Source: Acidimicrobiales bacterium
Lineage (GTDB): Bacteria; Actinomycetota; Acidimicrobiia; Acidimicrobiales; RAAP-2
Assembly (NCBI GenBank): GCA_035552095.1
Contig: DASZMA010000096.1
Coordinates: 26,883-90,882, forward strand
Length of the DNA stretch: 64,000 nucleotides
Direction: 5' to 3'
The translations under genes were made by a program, and so were the position numbers. Each line of letters begins with the position of its first letter. Position 1 is the first letter of the stretch. The notes under the pieces were generated by a model. It did not search any database, was not told the origin of the DNA, and saw only the letters and a list, made by a program, of their open reading frames with translations. Below are positions 9,689-18,530 of this stretch, piece by piece.

Positions 9689-9931
9689 TGTTTAGGCCGC
9701 TTGACGTGGGCGATCTCCTGTTTCTACACTCGTTGAAAGGTTTCATTCGGGCGGGCAACCACGGGCCGGGGAGGGGGCGGCAGTGCGTCTGCGGGAGGGC
9801 GAACCGGCGTGACGCGGCGGACCTCGATGCCACCTCGTCGGGCGCAATGCGCGACGGCGAATCCCCACCTGTTTCGGCCCTGATCCGTCACCTCGCCATG
9901 AGACGTGCCTCCCGCTACCTGAAGGAGCAAC

Positions 9932-10885
9932 ATGCAGCTTGATCCTCCCCTCAAGAAGATCCTCGACCTGGTGGCCGGGAACCGACCGGCCGAGCCCGGG
10001 GACATGGCCCAGCGTCGAGCGCAGGGTGAGGCCGCCTTCGGCGCCATCCGCCCCGCCCCGCAGACCGGCGTCACCGTGGCTGACCACACGGTGGCGGTCG
10101 AGGGTGGCCAGATCCTGGTGCGCACCTACATCCCCGACGACCTGGCACGGCCGGCTCCCGTGCTGTTCTACCTGCACGGCGGCGGATGGTTCATGGGCAA
10201 CCTGGACACGGCCGAGTCCGAATGCGTGATCCAGGCCGCTGACATCCCGGCGGTGATGGTCTCGGTGGACTACCGGTTGGCCCCCGAGCACAAGTTCCCC
10301 ATCCCGTTCGATGACTGCATGGCCGCTTACGGCTGGGTCCTGGCGCAGGCCGATGAACTGGGTGTCGACACTGGCCGCATCGCCGTGGCCGGGGGGAGCG
10401 CCGGTGCCAACCTGGCCGCCGCCATGTGCCTGGCCATACGTGACCGCGGCCTGCCGCTGCCCTGTCTGCAGTTGCTCGACGTGCCCTTCGTCGACCTGAC
10501 CTTGGGTTCGCCTTCGTTGACCGAGGAGATGTCCGGCTACGGCCTGACCGGGTCCGAGGTGCTCGAGTGCGCCGAGATCTACGTGCGCGACGAGGCTGAC
10601 CGGCGCCACCCTTACGTGTCCCCCCTGCTGGCCGAGGACCTGAGCGGGCTGCCGCCGGCCTTCATCCTCACGGCGGAGTTCGACCCCGTACGCGACGACG
10701 GCGAGCGCTACCTGGAGCGGCTCCACCAGGCCGGGGTGGCCGCAGCAGGCTTTCGCGTCCTCAGCCACATTCACGGCACCTGGGTCATCCCCGGTTCGGC
10801 GACCTGGGGCCTGGTGCGCGACGTCCGACTGGCCGCCCTGCGCCGCGCCTTCGATGGCACCCTGGCGCCCGAGCTTCCCTTCTAA
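9932..10885 (+). CDS. Alpha/beta-hydrolase esterase/lipase, hormone-sensitive-lipase family (family IV)
   Basis: Oxyanion motif HGGGW and nucleophile elbow GGSAGANLAA. SD GAAGGAG lies upstream of the ATG. The stop TAA abuts the next GTG start. Confidence 0.8.
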   Translation: MQLDPPLKKILDLVAGNRPAEPGDMAQRRAQGEAAFGAIRPAPQTGVTVADHTVAVEGGQILVRTYIPDDLARPAPVLFYLHGGGWFMGNLDTAESECVIQAADIPAVMVSVDYRLAPEHKFPIPFDDCMAAYGWVLAQADELGVDTGRIAVAGGSAGANLAAAMCLAIRDRGLPLPCLQLLDVPFVDLTLGSPSLTEEMSGYGLTGSEVLECAEIYVRDEADRRHPYVSPLLAEDLSGLPPAFILTAEFDPVRDDGERYLERLHQAGVAAAGFRVLSHIHGTWVIPGSATWGLVRDVRLAALRRAFDGTLAPELPF

Positions 10886-13186
10886 GTGTTGACCGAGCCA
10901 CCCTTCGATCCGTTCGGCCCGGGCCGCTGGCAGGCCCAGTGGATCTGGTCGGCCGCCGAACCAGCGGCGGGCCAGTTCCGGCGGACGGTGGCCTTCCGTC
11001 GCCGGTTCGCCCTCGACGCCGTCGGGTCCAGTGTGCCAGCCCGGGTCTGTGCCGACTCGCGCTACGCGCTCTGGGTCAACGGGCAGGAGGTCGCCCGGGG
11101 GCCGGTGCGCATCAATCCGCGCCGACGTCGCTACGACGTGGTGGAGCTGGCGCCCTACCTGAGTGTGGGTGAGAACTGCATCAGCGCGCTGGCCTGCTTC
11201 TACGGTCGGCCCACGGCGTGGTGGATGCCGGCGGCCACTCTGACCAGTGAGGTGCGGGCCGGCGGATTTCTCTTTGAGACCAGGCTGGACGGTGCCACCA
11301 CGTTGGTGAGTGACGAGCGCTGGCGGGCCGAACTGCTCGCCGGCTGGAGCGACGGCCCACCGGTGGGCGGGGTGGTGGGACGCGGGCCCGAACTCATCGA
11401 CCTGCGTTCGCTGCCGGCGGGGTGGTTGGAGACCGCCTTCGACGACAGCGGGTGGGGAGAGGCCCGCGTCATCTCGGGTGCCGGGATGGGGGAGCCGGGG
11501 AATCCGCATCCACCGAATTATCCGCATGGTCCCTACCAGCCCCGCTCGGTGGGGTTCAGCCGACCGCAGCGGATCGAGATTCCCGAGGCCGGAGATTCGT
11601 ATCAGAGCGGGCGGGTGCTGGCGGGCACCATGGTGGTGGACCTGGAAGGGCCGGCGGGGGCCGAGGTCGTGGTCTCCTGCACGGAGTTCGTGGGCGGTGA
11701 CGGCGCTTCGAGTCACGGTGAAGCGCTCGGGTTCACGGTGACGCTGAGCGGCGGGCGACGCCGGGTGGAGACGTTCGACGTCTACGGCATGCAGGAGATC
11801 AAAGTAGCGGCCCCCCCTGGGGTCACGGTGCACAGCATGGCGGTGAATGAACGTCTCTATCCACTCAGTGGCCACGCCTCGTTCGCCTGTTCCGACCCGC
11901 GGCTTGAGCAGATCTGGCAGGTCGGGCGGCGCACGGTCAGCCTCTGCTCATTCGACGCCTACCTCGATTGCCCGACGCGGGAGCAGCGGGCCTGGACCGG
12001 TGATTCGGTGGTGCACCAGATGGTTGACTTCGCCACCAACGGCGATTGGCGTTTGGCCCGATGGCACCCGGTTCTGGCGGCCGAGCCGGGACCGGACGGC
12101 ATGTTGCCCATGGCGGTGGCCGGTGACGCCGAGGTGTCCGACATCGCTGTCATTCCGGACTGGGCCTTGCACTGGGTCCATTCGGTGGGCAATCTCTGGC
12201 GCTACGGGGGCGACGAAGAGGAGATCCGACGGCTGCTGCCGGTGGTCGAAGGCGTCCTGCGCTGGTTCGACCCTTATATGGCGCCGAATGGCTTGCTCAC
12301 CGACGTGGTCGGCTGGGTCATCATCGACTGGGCTTCGGTCTACACCGAAGGCGCCTGCGCCGCGCTGAACGGATTGTTCGGGCGGGCGTTGCTCGAGTTC
12401 GCCGCCATGGCCGAGTGGCAGGGCGATGCCGGCCGCGCCGGCTGGGCCCGGGCCCAGCACCAGCGGGTGGTCGACGGCTTCGAAGCGCTGTGGGACCCGG
12501 AGCGGGGGCGCTACGCCGACAACATGGTGGCCGGCCGGCGCGGCCTCACGGCCTCCCAACACGGGCAGGCGACCGCCATCGTGGGTCAGCTCGCCCCGGC
12601 GGCGCGGTGGCCGCGGCTGATCGAGGTCCTTACTGATGAGGCCCCCCTGGTCCACGCCGCCTTCAACGTCCCCGACGGCGAAGCCACCCCGAATATGGGG
12701 GCGCCTCCGGGCGGCGCCTATCTACGACAGGGGCATCCGGATCCGTGGTGGGACGTGGCCACGCAGGTAGTCCGAGCCCAGCCCTTCTTCCGCTACGTGG
12801 TCCATGACGCGGTCCGCCAGGCGGGCCGGGCCGACCTGATCCCTTCCTTGTGCCTCGACTGGACGGTGGCGCTGGAGCGTTGCCCCACCTCATGGACCGA
12901 GACCTGGTTCGGCGGAACGGTCAGCCACGGTTGGTCCTCCACCCCCACCCGCGATCTGACGGTCAGCGTCCTGGGTGTCGAGCCGGCAGAGCCTGGCTTC
13001 GCGGTGGCCCGCATTGAGCCCGAGTTGGGCCCATTGAGCTGGGCCGCCGGACGGGTGCCCTGTGGGCACGGCTTCATTGAGGTCCGGGTCGACCCCGAGA
13101 AGTTGGAGGTGACGAGCCCGATCCCCTTCCGCCACGGCGACCGCCTCTACCCCCAGGGGACCCACACCATCGGGCGCCCGGCGTGA
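10886..13186 (+). CDS. GH78-like alpha-L-rhamnosidase
   Basis: 766 aa. The N-terminal 'WQAQWIWS...' opening is typical of bacterial rhamnosidases. A six-hairpin-domain motif LDCPTREQRAWTGDS is present (compare DCPxRE(R)xGWxGD). Translationally coupled to both neighbours. Confidence 0.7.
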   Translation: MLTEPPFDPFGPGRWQAQWIWSAAEPAAGQFRRTVAFRRRFALDAVGSSVPARVCADSRYALWVNGQEVARGPVRINPRRRRYDVVELAPYLSVGENCISALACFYGRPTAWWMPAATLTSEVRAGGFLFETRLDGATTLVSDERWRAELLAGWSDGPPVGGVVGRGPELIDLRSLPAGWLETAFDDSGWGEARVISGAGMGEPGNPHPPNYPHGPYQPRSVGFSRPQRIEIPEAGDSYQSGRVLAGTMVVDLEGPAGAEVVVSCTEFVGGDGASSHGEALGFTVTLSGGRRRVETFDVYGMQEIKVAAPPGVTVHSMAVNERLYPLSGHASFACSDPRLEQIWQVGRRTVSLCSFDAYLDCPTREQRAWTGDSVVHQMVDFATNGDWRLARWHPVLAAEPGPDGMLPMAVAGDAEVSDIAVIPDWALHWVHSVGNLWRYGGDEEEIRRLLPVVEGVLRWFDPYMAPNGLLTDVVGWVIIDWASVYTEGACAALNGLFGRALLEFAAMAEWQGDAGRAGWARAQHQRVVDGFEALWDPERGRYADNMVAGRRGLTASQHGQATAIVGQLAPAARWPRLIEVLTDEAPLVHAAFNVPDGEATPNMGAPPGGAYLRQGHPDPWWDVATQVVRAQPFFRYVVHDAVRQAGRADLIPSLCLDWTVALERCPTSWTETWFGGTVSHGWSSTPTRDLTVSVLGVEPAEPGFAVARIEPELGPLSWAAGRVPCGHGFIEVRVDPEKLEVTSPIPFRHGDRLYPQGTHTIGRPA

Positions 13187-13992
13187 GTGAGCCGGGAGAG
13201 GTCGACCCGCGGTTCCCCGTTGAGGCGCACTTCGCCCAACGGGGGGAGTTCGAGGTGGCGACGACGTCGGTCAGCGACGACGGCGGCCGGGCGACGTACG
13301 AGATCTTCTACCCGCGCCCGCTCGGACGGGACGGTGGTCGTCATCCCATGGTGACGTGGGGCAACGGGACGGCGGCCCAGCCGCGCCAGTACCCCGGGGT
13401 GCTGCACCAGCTGGCCTCGTGGGGCATGGTCGTGGTGGCCTCCACCAGCAAGCGGACCGGCAAGGGACACCAGATGTTGGAGGGGGTGCACCATCTGCTG
13501 CGTGAGCACCAGGACCGCGGCAGCGTCTTCTTCGACCAGCTCGACGGGGCACGGGTCGGGGCCGTCGGCCATTCGCAGGGCGCCGGCGGCTCGGTCAACG
13601 CCACCATCCTCTCGGACGGCCTGATCACCACCACCGTGCCCATCTGCCTGCCCAATGAGCGGTGGGTCAGTAAGGGTGACGAGTACGACGTCGCCGCGCT
13701 GGGGTCGTCGGTCCTCTTTCTGGGCGGCGGCCGCGATCGGATCATCGCCGGCCCGGGCACCTTGCGCGACTTCTACGCCCGGGCTCACGCGCCGGCCGGC
13801 GTCGCCCTGCTGCGGGGTGCCGGCCACAAGCGGATCCAGAAGAGCGGTGGGGGTTACCTGGGCTATCTGACCGCCTGGCTCCGCTTCCAACTGTTTGACG
13901 ACCAACTGGCCCGCCAGGCCTTCGCGGTCGAGGATCCGGAGTTCCTGCGCAATCCGGCCTGGCAGTCGCAAGGGTTGAAGCTGTCAGCCTGA
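13183..13992 (+). CDS. Alpha/beta hydrolase (cutinase/chlorophyllase/dienelactone-hydrolase-like serine esterase)
   Basis: Nucleophile elbow GHSQGAGGS. GTGA overlap with the GH78 stop. Confidence 0.65.
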   Translation: MSEPGEVDPRFPVEAHFAQRGEFEVATTSVSDDGGRATYEIFYPRPLGRDGGRHPMVTWGNGTAAQPRQYPGVLHQLASWGMVVVASTSKRTGKGHQMLEGVHHLLREHQDRGSVFFDQLDGARVGAVGHSQGAGGSVNATILSDGLITTTVPICLPNERWVSKGDEYDVAALGSSVLFLGGGRDRIIAGPGTLRDFYARAHAPAGVALLRGAGHKRIQKSGGGYLGYLTAWLRFQLFDDQLARQAFAVEDPEFLRNPAWQSQGLKLSA

Positions 13993-14014
13993 AGCGGTCA
14001 GCCTGAAGAAGCGC

Positions 14015-16120
14015 TCAGCGGAGAAAGGCAGCGGGGACGCCGCCGTCGACCGGGAGGTGCACCCCGGTGGTGAGGGAGAGGTCGCCCGAGACCAGGGCGA
14101 AGACGGCCGCCGCCACGTGGTGGGGGAGCACCTCTTCCTTGAGCAGGGTCCGCTCGGCGTAGAACCGGCCCAGTTCCGCTTCGGGCACGTTGTAGACGGC
14201 GGCCCGCTCGGCGCCCCAGCCCGAGGCGAAAATCCCGGACTCCTGCACCACGCCGTCAGGGTTGATGCCGTTGACCCGCACGCCGATCTCGCCCAGCTCG
14301 GCGGCCAGCAGGCGGACCTGATGGGCCTGGTCCGCCTTGGCCGATCCGTAGGCGACGTTGCTCGGCCCGGCCACCACGGCGTTCTTGCTGACGATGTAGA
14401 CGATGTCGCCGCCCGTGCCTTGCGCCGCCAGCACGGCGGCCGCCGCTTGCGACACCAGGAACGATCCCTTGGCCATCACGTCGTGCTGGCGGTCCCAGTC
14501 CTCCTCCGTCGTCTCGGCCAGCGAGCGCGAGAGGGAGAGGCCGGCGTTGTTGACCACGATGTCGACGCCGCCGAAGTGCAGGCAGCTCTCCCGCAGCGCT
14601 GCCTCGACCGATCCGGCCCCGAGCACGTTGAGGTGCAGAGCCAGCGCAGCCGCGCCGCCGATCAGTGCCGCGGTCGAGGTGGCTGACGCCGTGTCCTGAT
14701 CCGTGACCACCACGCACGCCCCCTCCGCGGCCAGGCGGCGGGCGATGGCCCGCCCGATGCCCGAGCCGGCCCCGGTGACGAGGGCGACCCGCCCGGTCAG
14801 TGGCTTGGGCGGCGGCCGCCGGGTCAGCTTGGCTTCTTCGAGGGCCCAGTACTCGACCCGGAACTTCTCCGCTTCGGCAATGGGCTCGTAGGTCGAGACG
14901 GACTCGGCCCCCCGCATCACGGCGATGGCATTGAGGTAGAACTCCCCGGCCACCTGGGCCGTCTGCACATCGGCGCCGGCACTGAACATCCCGATCCCCG
15001 GGATCAGCACAATGGCCGGGTCAGCGCCCCGCATGGCCGGCGAGCTGGCGTCGGCGAAGCGCCGGTAATAGTCGGCGTAGTCCGTCCGGTACTCGGCGTG
15101 CCGCTCCCGCAGCCGGGCGACCTGGTCGGCCCGGGGGGCGTCACCCGGCAGATCCAGTACGAGCGGGCGGATCTTGGTGCGTAGGAAGTGGTCGGGGCAC
15201 GAGGTGCCGAGGGCGGCCAGGCGCTCGAAGGACGCGCCGGCCATGAAATCGAGCACGGCGGGGCTGTCGGTGAAGGAGAGGAGGCGGGGACCGTCGGTGG
15301 AGCAGAGCCCGCGCACCACCGGGGCCAGCGCGGCCGCCACCTGGCGGCGCGCCTCGGCCGGCAGGGCCTGCCGCTCGGCCACGGGTGGGCCGAAGGGATC
15401 GGGCCGGCCGCTCTCCTCCAGGAACGCCTGGGCCCGCCCGATGATGCCCAGACTGGCGGCCTCGCAGCTCTCCGAGGTGGTGCCCCAGGCCGTCAGCCCG
15501 TGACCCCCGAGCACGACGCCGATGAGGGCGGGGTGGTCGTGCCGCAACTGGGCGATTTGCTGGGCCAGGTCGATGCCGGGGCGGCGCCAGGGCACCCAAC
15601 CCACCTCGCCCCCGAAGCACTCCTTGACCAGGGCCTCGCCGTCGGCGCAGGCGGCCAGGGCGATCACGGCGTCGGGGTGCAGGTGGTCGACGTGGTCGAC
15701 CTCGACCAACCCGTGCATGGCGGTGTCGATGGACGGCGCCGCGCTGGGGCCGCCGAAGGCGCAGAGCCCGACCAGGTCGACGAAGCCGTCCTCCGCCGCA
15801 CCGTCGAGGGGGCGGTACCGGGCGGCCGCCGCCCGCAGGCGCAGCAGGTCGACCACGGACAGGCCGGACGCCTCCAGCGTGCCCAGATCCCCCCCGCTGC
15901 CCTTGACGTAGAGCACCGGGGTCATGGTGCCGGTGACCGGGTCCGGCTCCCACGACTTGGCCGACGTGTTGCCGCCCCCGTAGTTGGTCACGGCGCGGTC
16001 GGCGCCCAGACGGTGCGAGCGGGCCAGGAGCTCCGCAATGACATTCTGACGCTCGGTCACGTGACGGGCCCCCGGATCCACCGCTCCACTTTCTCGGATG
16101 TTCGAGACTGTAAAATCCAA
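14015..16120 (-). CDS. Bifunctional rhamnulose-1-phosphate aldolase / short-chain dehydrogenase (RhaEW type)
   Basis: 701 aa. N-terminal class II aldolase-like region (VTNYGGGNTSAK) plus a C-terminal SDR with VTGAGSGIGRAIA. Apparent TTG start at 16120 with no obvious SD. Confidence 0.85.
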   Translation of the reverse strand: MDFTVSNIRESGAVDPGARHVTERQNVIAELLARSHRLGADRAVTNYGGGNTSAKSWEPDPVTGTMTPVLYVKGSGGDLGTLEASGLSVVDLLRLRAAAARYRPLDGAAEDGFVDLVGLCAFGGPSAAPSIDTAMHGLVEVDHVDHLHPDAVIALAACADGEALVKECFGGEVGWVPWRRPGIDLAQQIAQLRHDHPALIGVVLGGHGLTAWGTTSESCEAASLGIIGRAQAFLEESGRPDPFGPPVAERQALPAEARRQVAAALAPVVRGLCSTDGPRLLSFTDSPAVLDFMAGASFERLAALGTSCPDHFLRTKIRPLVLDLPGDAPRADQVARLRERHAEYRTDYADYYRRFADASSPAMRGADPAIVLIPGIGMFSAGADVQTAQVAGEFYLNAIAVMRGAESVSTYEPIAEAEKFRVEYWALEEAKLTRRPPPKPLTGRVALVTGAGSGIGRAIARRLAAEGACVVVTDQDTASATSTAALIGGAAALALHLNVLGAGSVEAALRESCLHFGGVDIVVNNAGLSLSRSLAETTEEDWDRQHDVMAKGSFLVSQAAAAVLAAQGTGGDIVYIVSKNAVVAGPSNVAYGSAKADQAHQVRLLAAELGEIGVRVNGINPDGVVQESGIFASGWGAERAAVYNVPEAELGRFYAERTLLKEEVLPHHVAAAVFALVSGDLSLTTGVHLPVDGGVPAAFLR

Positions 16121-16132
16121 CAGTATTTTACA
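16109..16132. promoter_or_regulatory. AT-rich inverted repeat TGTAAAAT-N8-ATTTTACA spanning the rhaEW-type start codon
   Basis: Perfect 8-bp arms. It is the most AT-rich 24-mer in this neighbourhood and overlaps the predicted TTG start. Confidence 0.35.
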
Positions 16133-16158
16133 TTACCGGCCCGACTCTGTCGAGAAGA

Positions 16159-17805
16159 TCAGCGCCTGGCCCGCCGCCTCCGCCGCCGGGGGCGGTCCTG
16201 GCCCTCGAACTTGCGGCGGATCTCGGCCCGGCGGGCCTGGAGCTCGCGATGCGTCATGTGCTCGGTGTGCTCGTCCAGGCCGAAGCCGGCCTTGACCGAG
16301 GTGAGATCGGGCTCCCAGTTCGCCTGCTGCTCCAGGCCGAGCTGGGCCATGATCCGTTCGCCGTGCTTCTCGGCGAACATGAGGGAAATCGCCTCAATCT
16401 CGCCGAAGAGGTCGAGGTCCGGGGCCAGGGTGGCGATGGTCCCGTCCAAGAAGACCATGTTCTTGACGAAGAGCATGAGCTCCTTGGGCATTTTGGCGCC
16501 CAGGGCGAGCAGCGTCTTGATGGACTGCTGGAGCTCGCCCACCAGCTCGTCGGGGGTGAGCGTGGTGGGGTCGACCGGAGGTCGGTCCAGGCCGAGTTGG
16601 GCGATGACCGCCTCGACGTCGGTGTGCTCGGGCAGCGCACCCAGGTCGCGCAAGGCGGCCACCTGGGTCGGGAGATGGCCGTTGGACGCCCCCACGATGA
16701 GGGAGAGCAGGGCCAGCCGCTTGGCCTCGGAGAGCCGGGCGGTGATCCCGAAGTCGAGCAGGGCGATCTTCCCCGAGGGCAGCACGAACAGGTTCCCGCC
16801 GTGCAGGTCACCGTGGAAGATGCCGTGCATCATGGCGCCTTCGAGAAAGCCGATCATCCCGCTGCGCACGACGGCCTCGGTGTCGATGCCGGCCAGCTTC
16901 ATGCCGGCGACGTCGGAGAAGTTGAAGCCGCTCAACCGTTCCATCACCAGCATGCGCCGGGTGACCAGGGTGGGGTGGGGCCGCGGGATGACGAAGTCGC
17001 GCTGGCCGAGGGTGGCGAAGGTCGAGGCGATATCGAGCATGTTCTCCGCTTCCAGGCGGAAGTCGAGCTCCTCGACGATGGTCTCGGCGAAGAGCTCCAC
17101 CAGGGCGGGTGGGTTGGCCAGGGCCGCCACCGGGATCCGCCCGACCAAGTGGGGGGCCAGCCAGGCCATGACGGCCAGGTCCTGGTGGACCCGGGTGGCC
17201 ACCGACGGCCGCTGCACCTTGATCACCACCTCGGTGCCGTCGAGGAGTTCGGCCCGGTGCACCTGGGCGATGGACGCCGCGGCCAGCGGGGTGGGGTCGA
17301 TGGCGCGGAAGATGGCCCGGGGTGACTGGCCGAGCTCCTCGGTCAGGACCTGCTCGATCACGGGCCAGGGTTCGGGCCTGACCTGGTCCCGGCACCATTT
17401 GAACTCGGCCACCAGCTCTGGCGGGAAGATCCCGTCACCCGAGGCGACGATCTGACCGAGCTTGATGTAGGTCGGCCCGAGTTGCTCGGCCGCCACCCGC
17501 AGGCGGCGGGCGATCCCGGTCATCTTCACCTCGCCGCCCTGCCGGCGTTCCCGGAGGTACCACAGGCCCAGGGCGCCGCCGAGCTGGCGGACGGTGGTGC
17601 CCACCCGGGCGCCCGGCGGGAGGCGGCGGGGCCGGGTCAGCGCCGGGAGGGAGGCCTGAAGGTCGGCCCGGGTCCGGGCCAGGCCGGACTTCCAGGGCAG
17701 GTGGTCGAGGTCGAGCACCCAGGGCCCTTCGTCGGTGAACGCCCCGAACTCAGTGTCGGCGGCGGGGGTGGAGGGCACGGAGGGGACGGGTGGGACGGGT
17801 GGCAC
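16159..17805 (-). CDS. ABC1/UbiB-family atypical protein kinase
   Basis: Signature LGPTYIKLGQ and the kinase-like region HGDLHGGNLFV. Arg-rich C-terminal tail. Confidence 0.85.
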   Translation of the reverse strand: MPPVPPVPSVPSTPAADTEFGAFTDEGPWVLDLDHLPWKSGLARTRADLQASLPALTRPRRLPPGARVGTTVRQLGGALGLWYLRERRQGGEVKMTGIARRLRVAAEQLGPTYIKLGQIVASGDGIFPPELVAEFKWCRDQVRPEPWPVIEQVLTEELGQSPRAIFRAIDPTPLAAASIAQVHRAELLDGTEVVIKVQRPSVATRVHQDLAVMAWLAPHLVGRIPVAALANPPALVELFAETIVEELDFRLEAENMLDIASTFATLGQRDFVIPRPHPTLVTRRMLVMERLSGFNFSDVAGMKLAGIDTEAVVRSGMIGFLEGAMMHGIFHGDLHGGNLFVLPSGKIALLDFGITARLSEAKRLALLSLIVGASNGHLPTQVAALRDLGALPEHTDVEAVIAQLGLDRPPVDPTTLTPDELVGELQQSIKTLLALGAKMPKELMLFVKNMVFLDGTIATLAPDLDLFGEIEAISLMFAEKHGERIMAQLGLEQQANWEPDLTSVKAGFGLDEHTEHMTHRELQARRAEIRRKFEGQDRPRRRRRRARR

Positions 17806-17855
17806 TGGTCGGAGTGTACGACCGGCGCTGGCCCCGCCCGAGCGCGAGGTGGCGA

Positions 17856-18530
17856 CTACGAAGGGCGGACCAGGCCGGTCTGGAAGGCCATGACGACCGC
17901 CTGGACGCGGTCGCGCAGGCCCAGTTTGGCCAGGACCCGGCCGACGTGGGACTTCACCGTCGCCTCCGAGACGAAGAGCCGCTCGGCGATCTCGGCGTTG
18001 GAGAGGCCGTCGGCCACGGCCATCAGCACCTCGCGCTCGCGTTCGGTCAGCGCGCTGAGGGCGGACGGCACCGCATCGCCCGGCGCGCTGAGGGACAGAT
18101 CGGGCAACTGGTCGGCGTACTCCTCCAGCAGGCGCTTGGTCACCCGGGGCGACACCACGGCGTCACCGCGGGCCACGGTGCGGATGGCCTGGGTCAACTC
18201 GTGCGGCGGCACGTCTTTGAGCAGGAAGCCGCTGGCCCCGGCGCGCAGGGCGCTGAAGGCGTACTCGTCCAGGTCGAAGGTGGTCAGGATGAGGATGCGG
18301 CTGAGCGAACCCGAGGTGGTGATCGAACGGGTGGCCTCAATCCCGTCGAGGGAGGGCATGCGCACGTCCATCAGGACCACATCGGGGGCGTACAACTCGA
18401 CCAGGCGCACCGCCGCCAGCCCGTCGGCCGCCTCGCCGATCACCTCCAGGTCGTCCTCGGCTTCGAGGATCATGCGGAACCCCTTGCGCAGGAGCCCCTG
18501 GTCGTCGGCCAGCACGACCCGGATGCTCAC
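17856..18530 (-). CDS. Two-component response regulator, NarL/LuxR family
   Basis: Receiver domain (VVLADDQ..., DVVLMDVRMP) plus a LuxR HTH (LTEREREVLMAVADGLSNAEIAERLFVSEATVKSHV). GTG start at 18530 forms a GTGA overlap with the kinase stop. Confidence 0.9.
   Translation of the reverse strand: MSIRVVLADDQGLLRKGFRMILEAEDDLEVIGEAADGLAAVRLVELYAPDVVLMDVRMPSLDGIEATRSITTSGSLSRILILTTFDLDEYAFSALRAGASGFLLKDVPPHELTQAIRTVARGDAVVSPRVTKRLLEEYADQLPDLSLSAPGDAVPSALSALTEREREVLMAVADGLSNAEIAERLFVSEATVKSHVGRVLAKLGLRDRVQAVVMAFQTGLVRPS

Noticed and set aside
9840-9931. TPP-riboswitch-like fragment CCTGATCCG upstream of the esterase gene.
   Set aside because: Only about 9 nt resemble the TPP core. CUGAGA and the flanking helices are absent, and the downstream genes have no link to thiamine.
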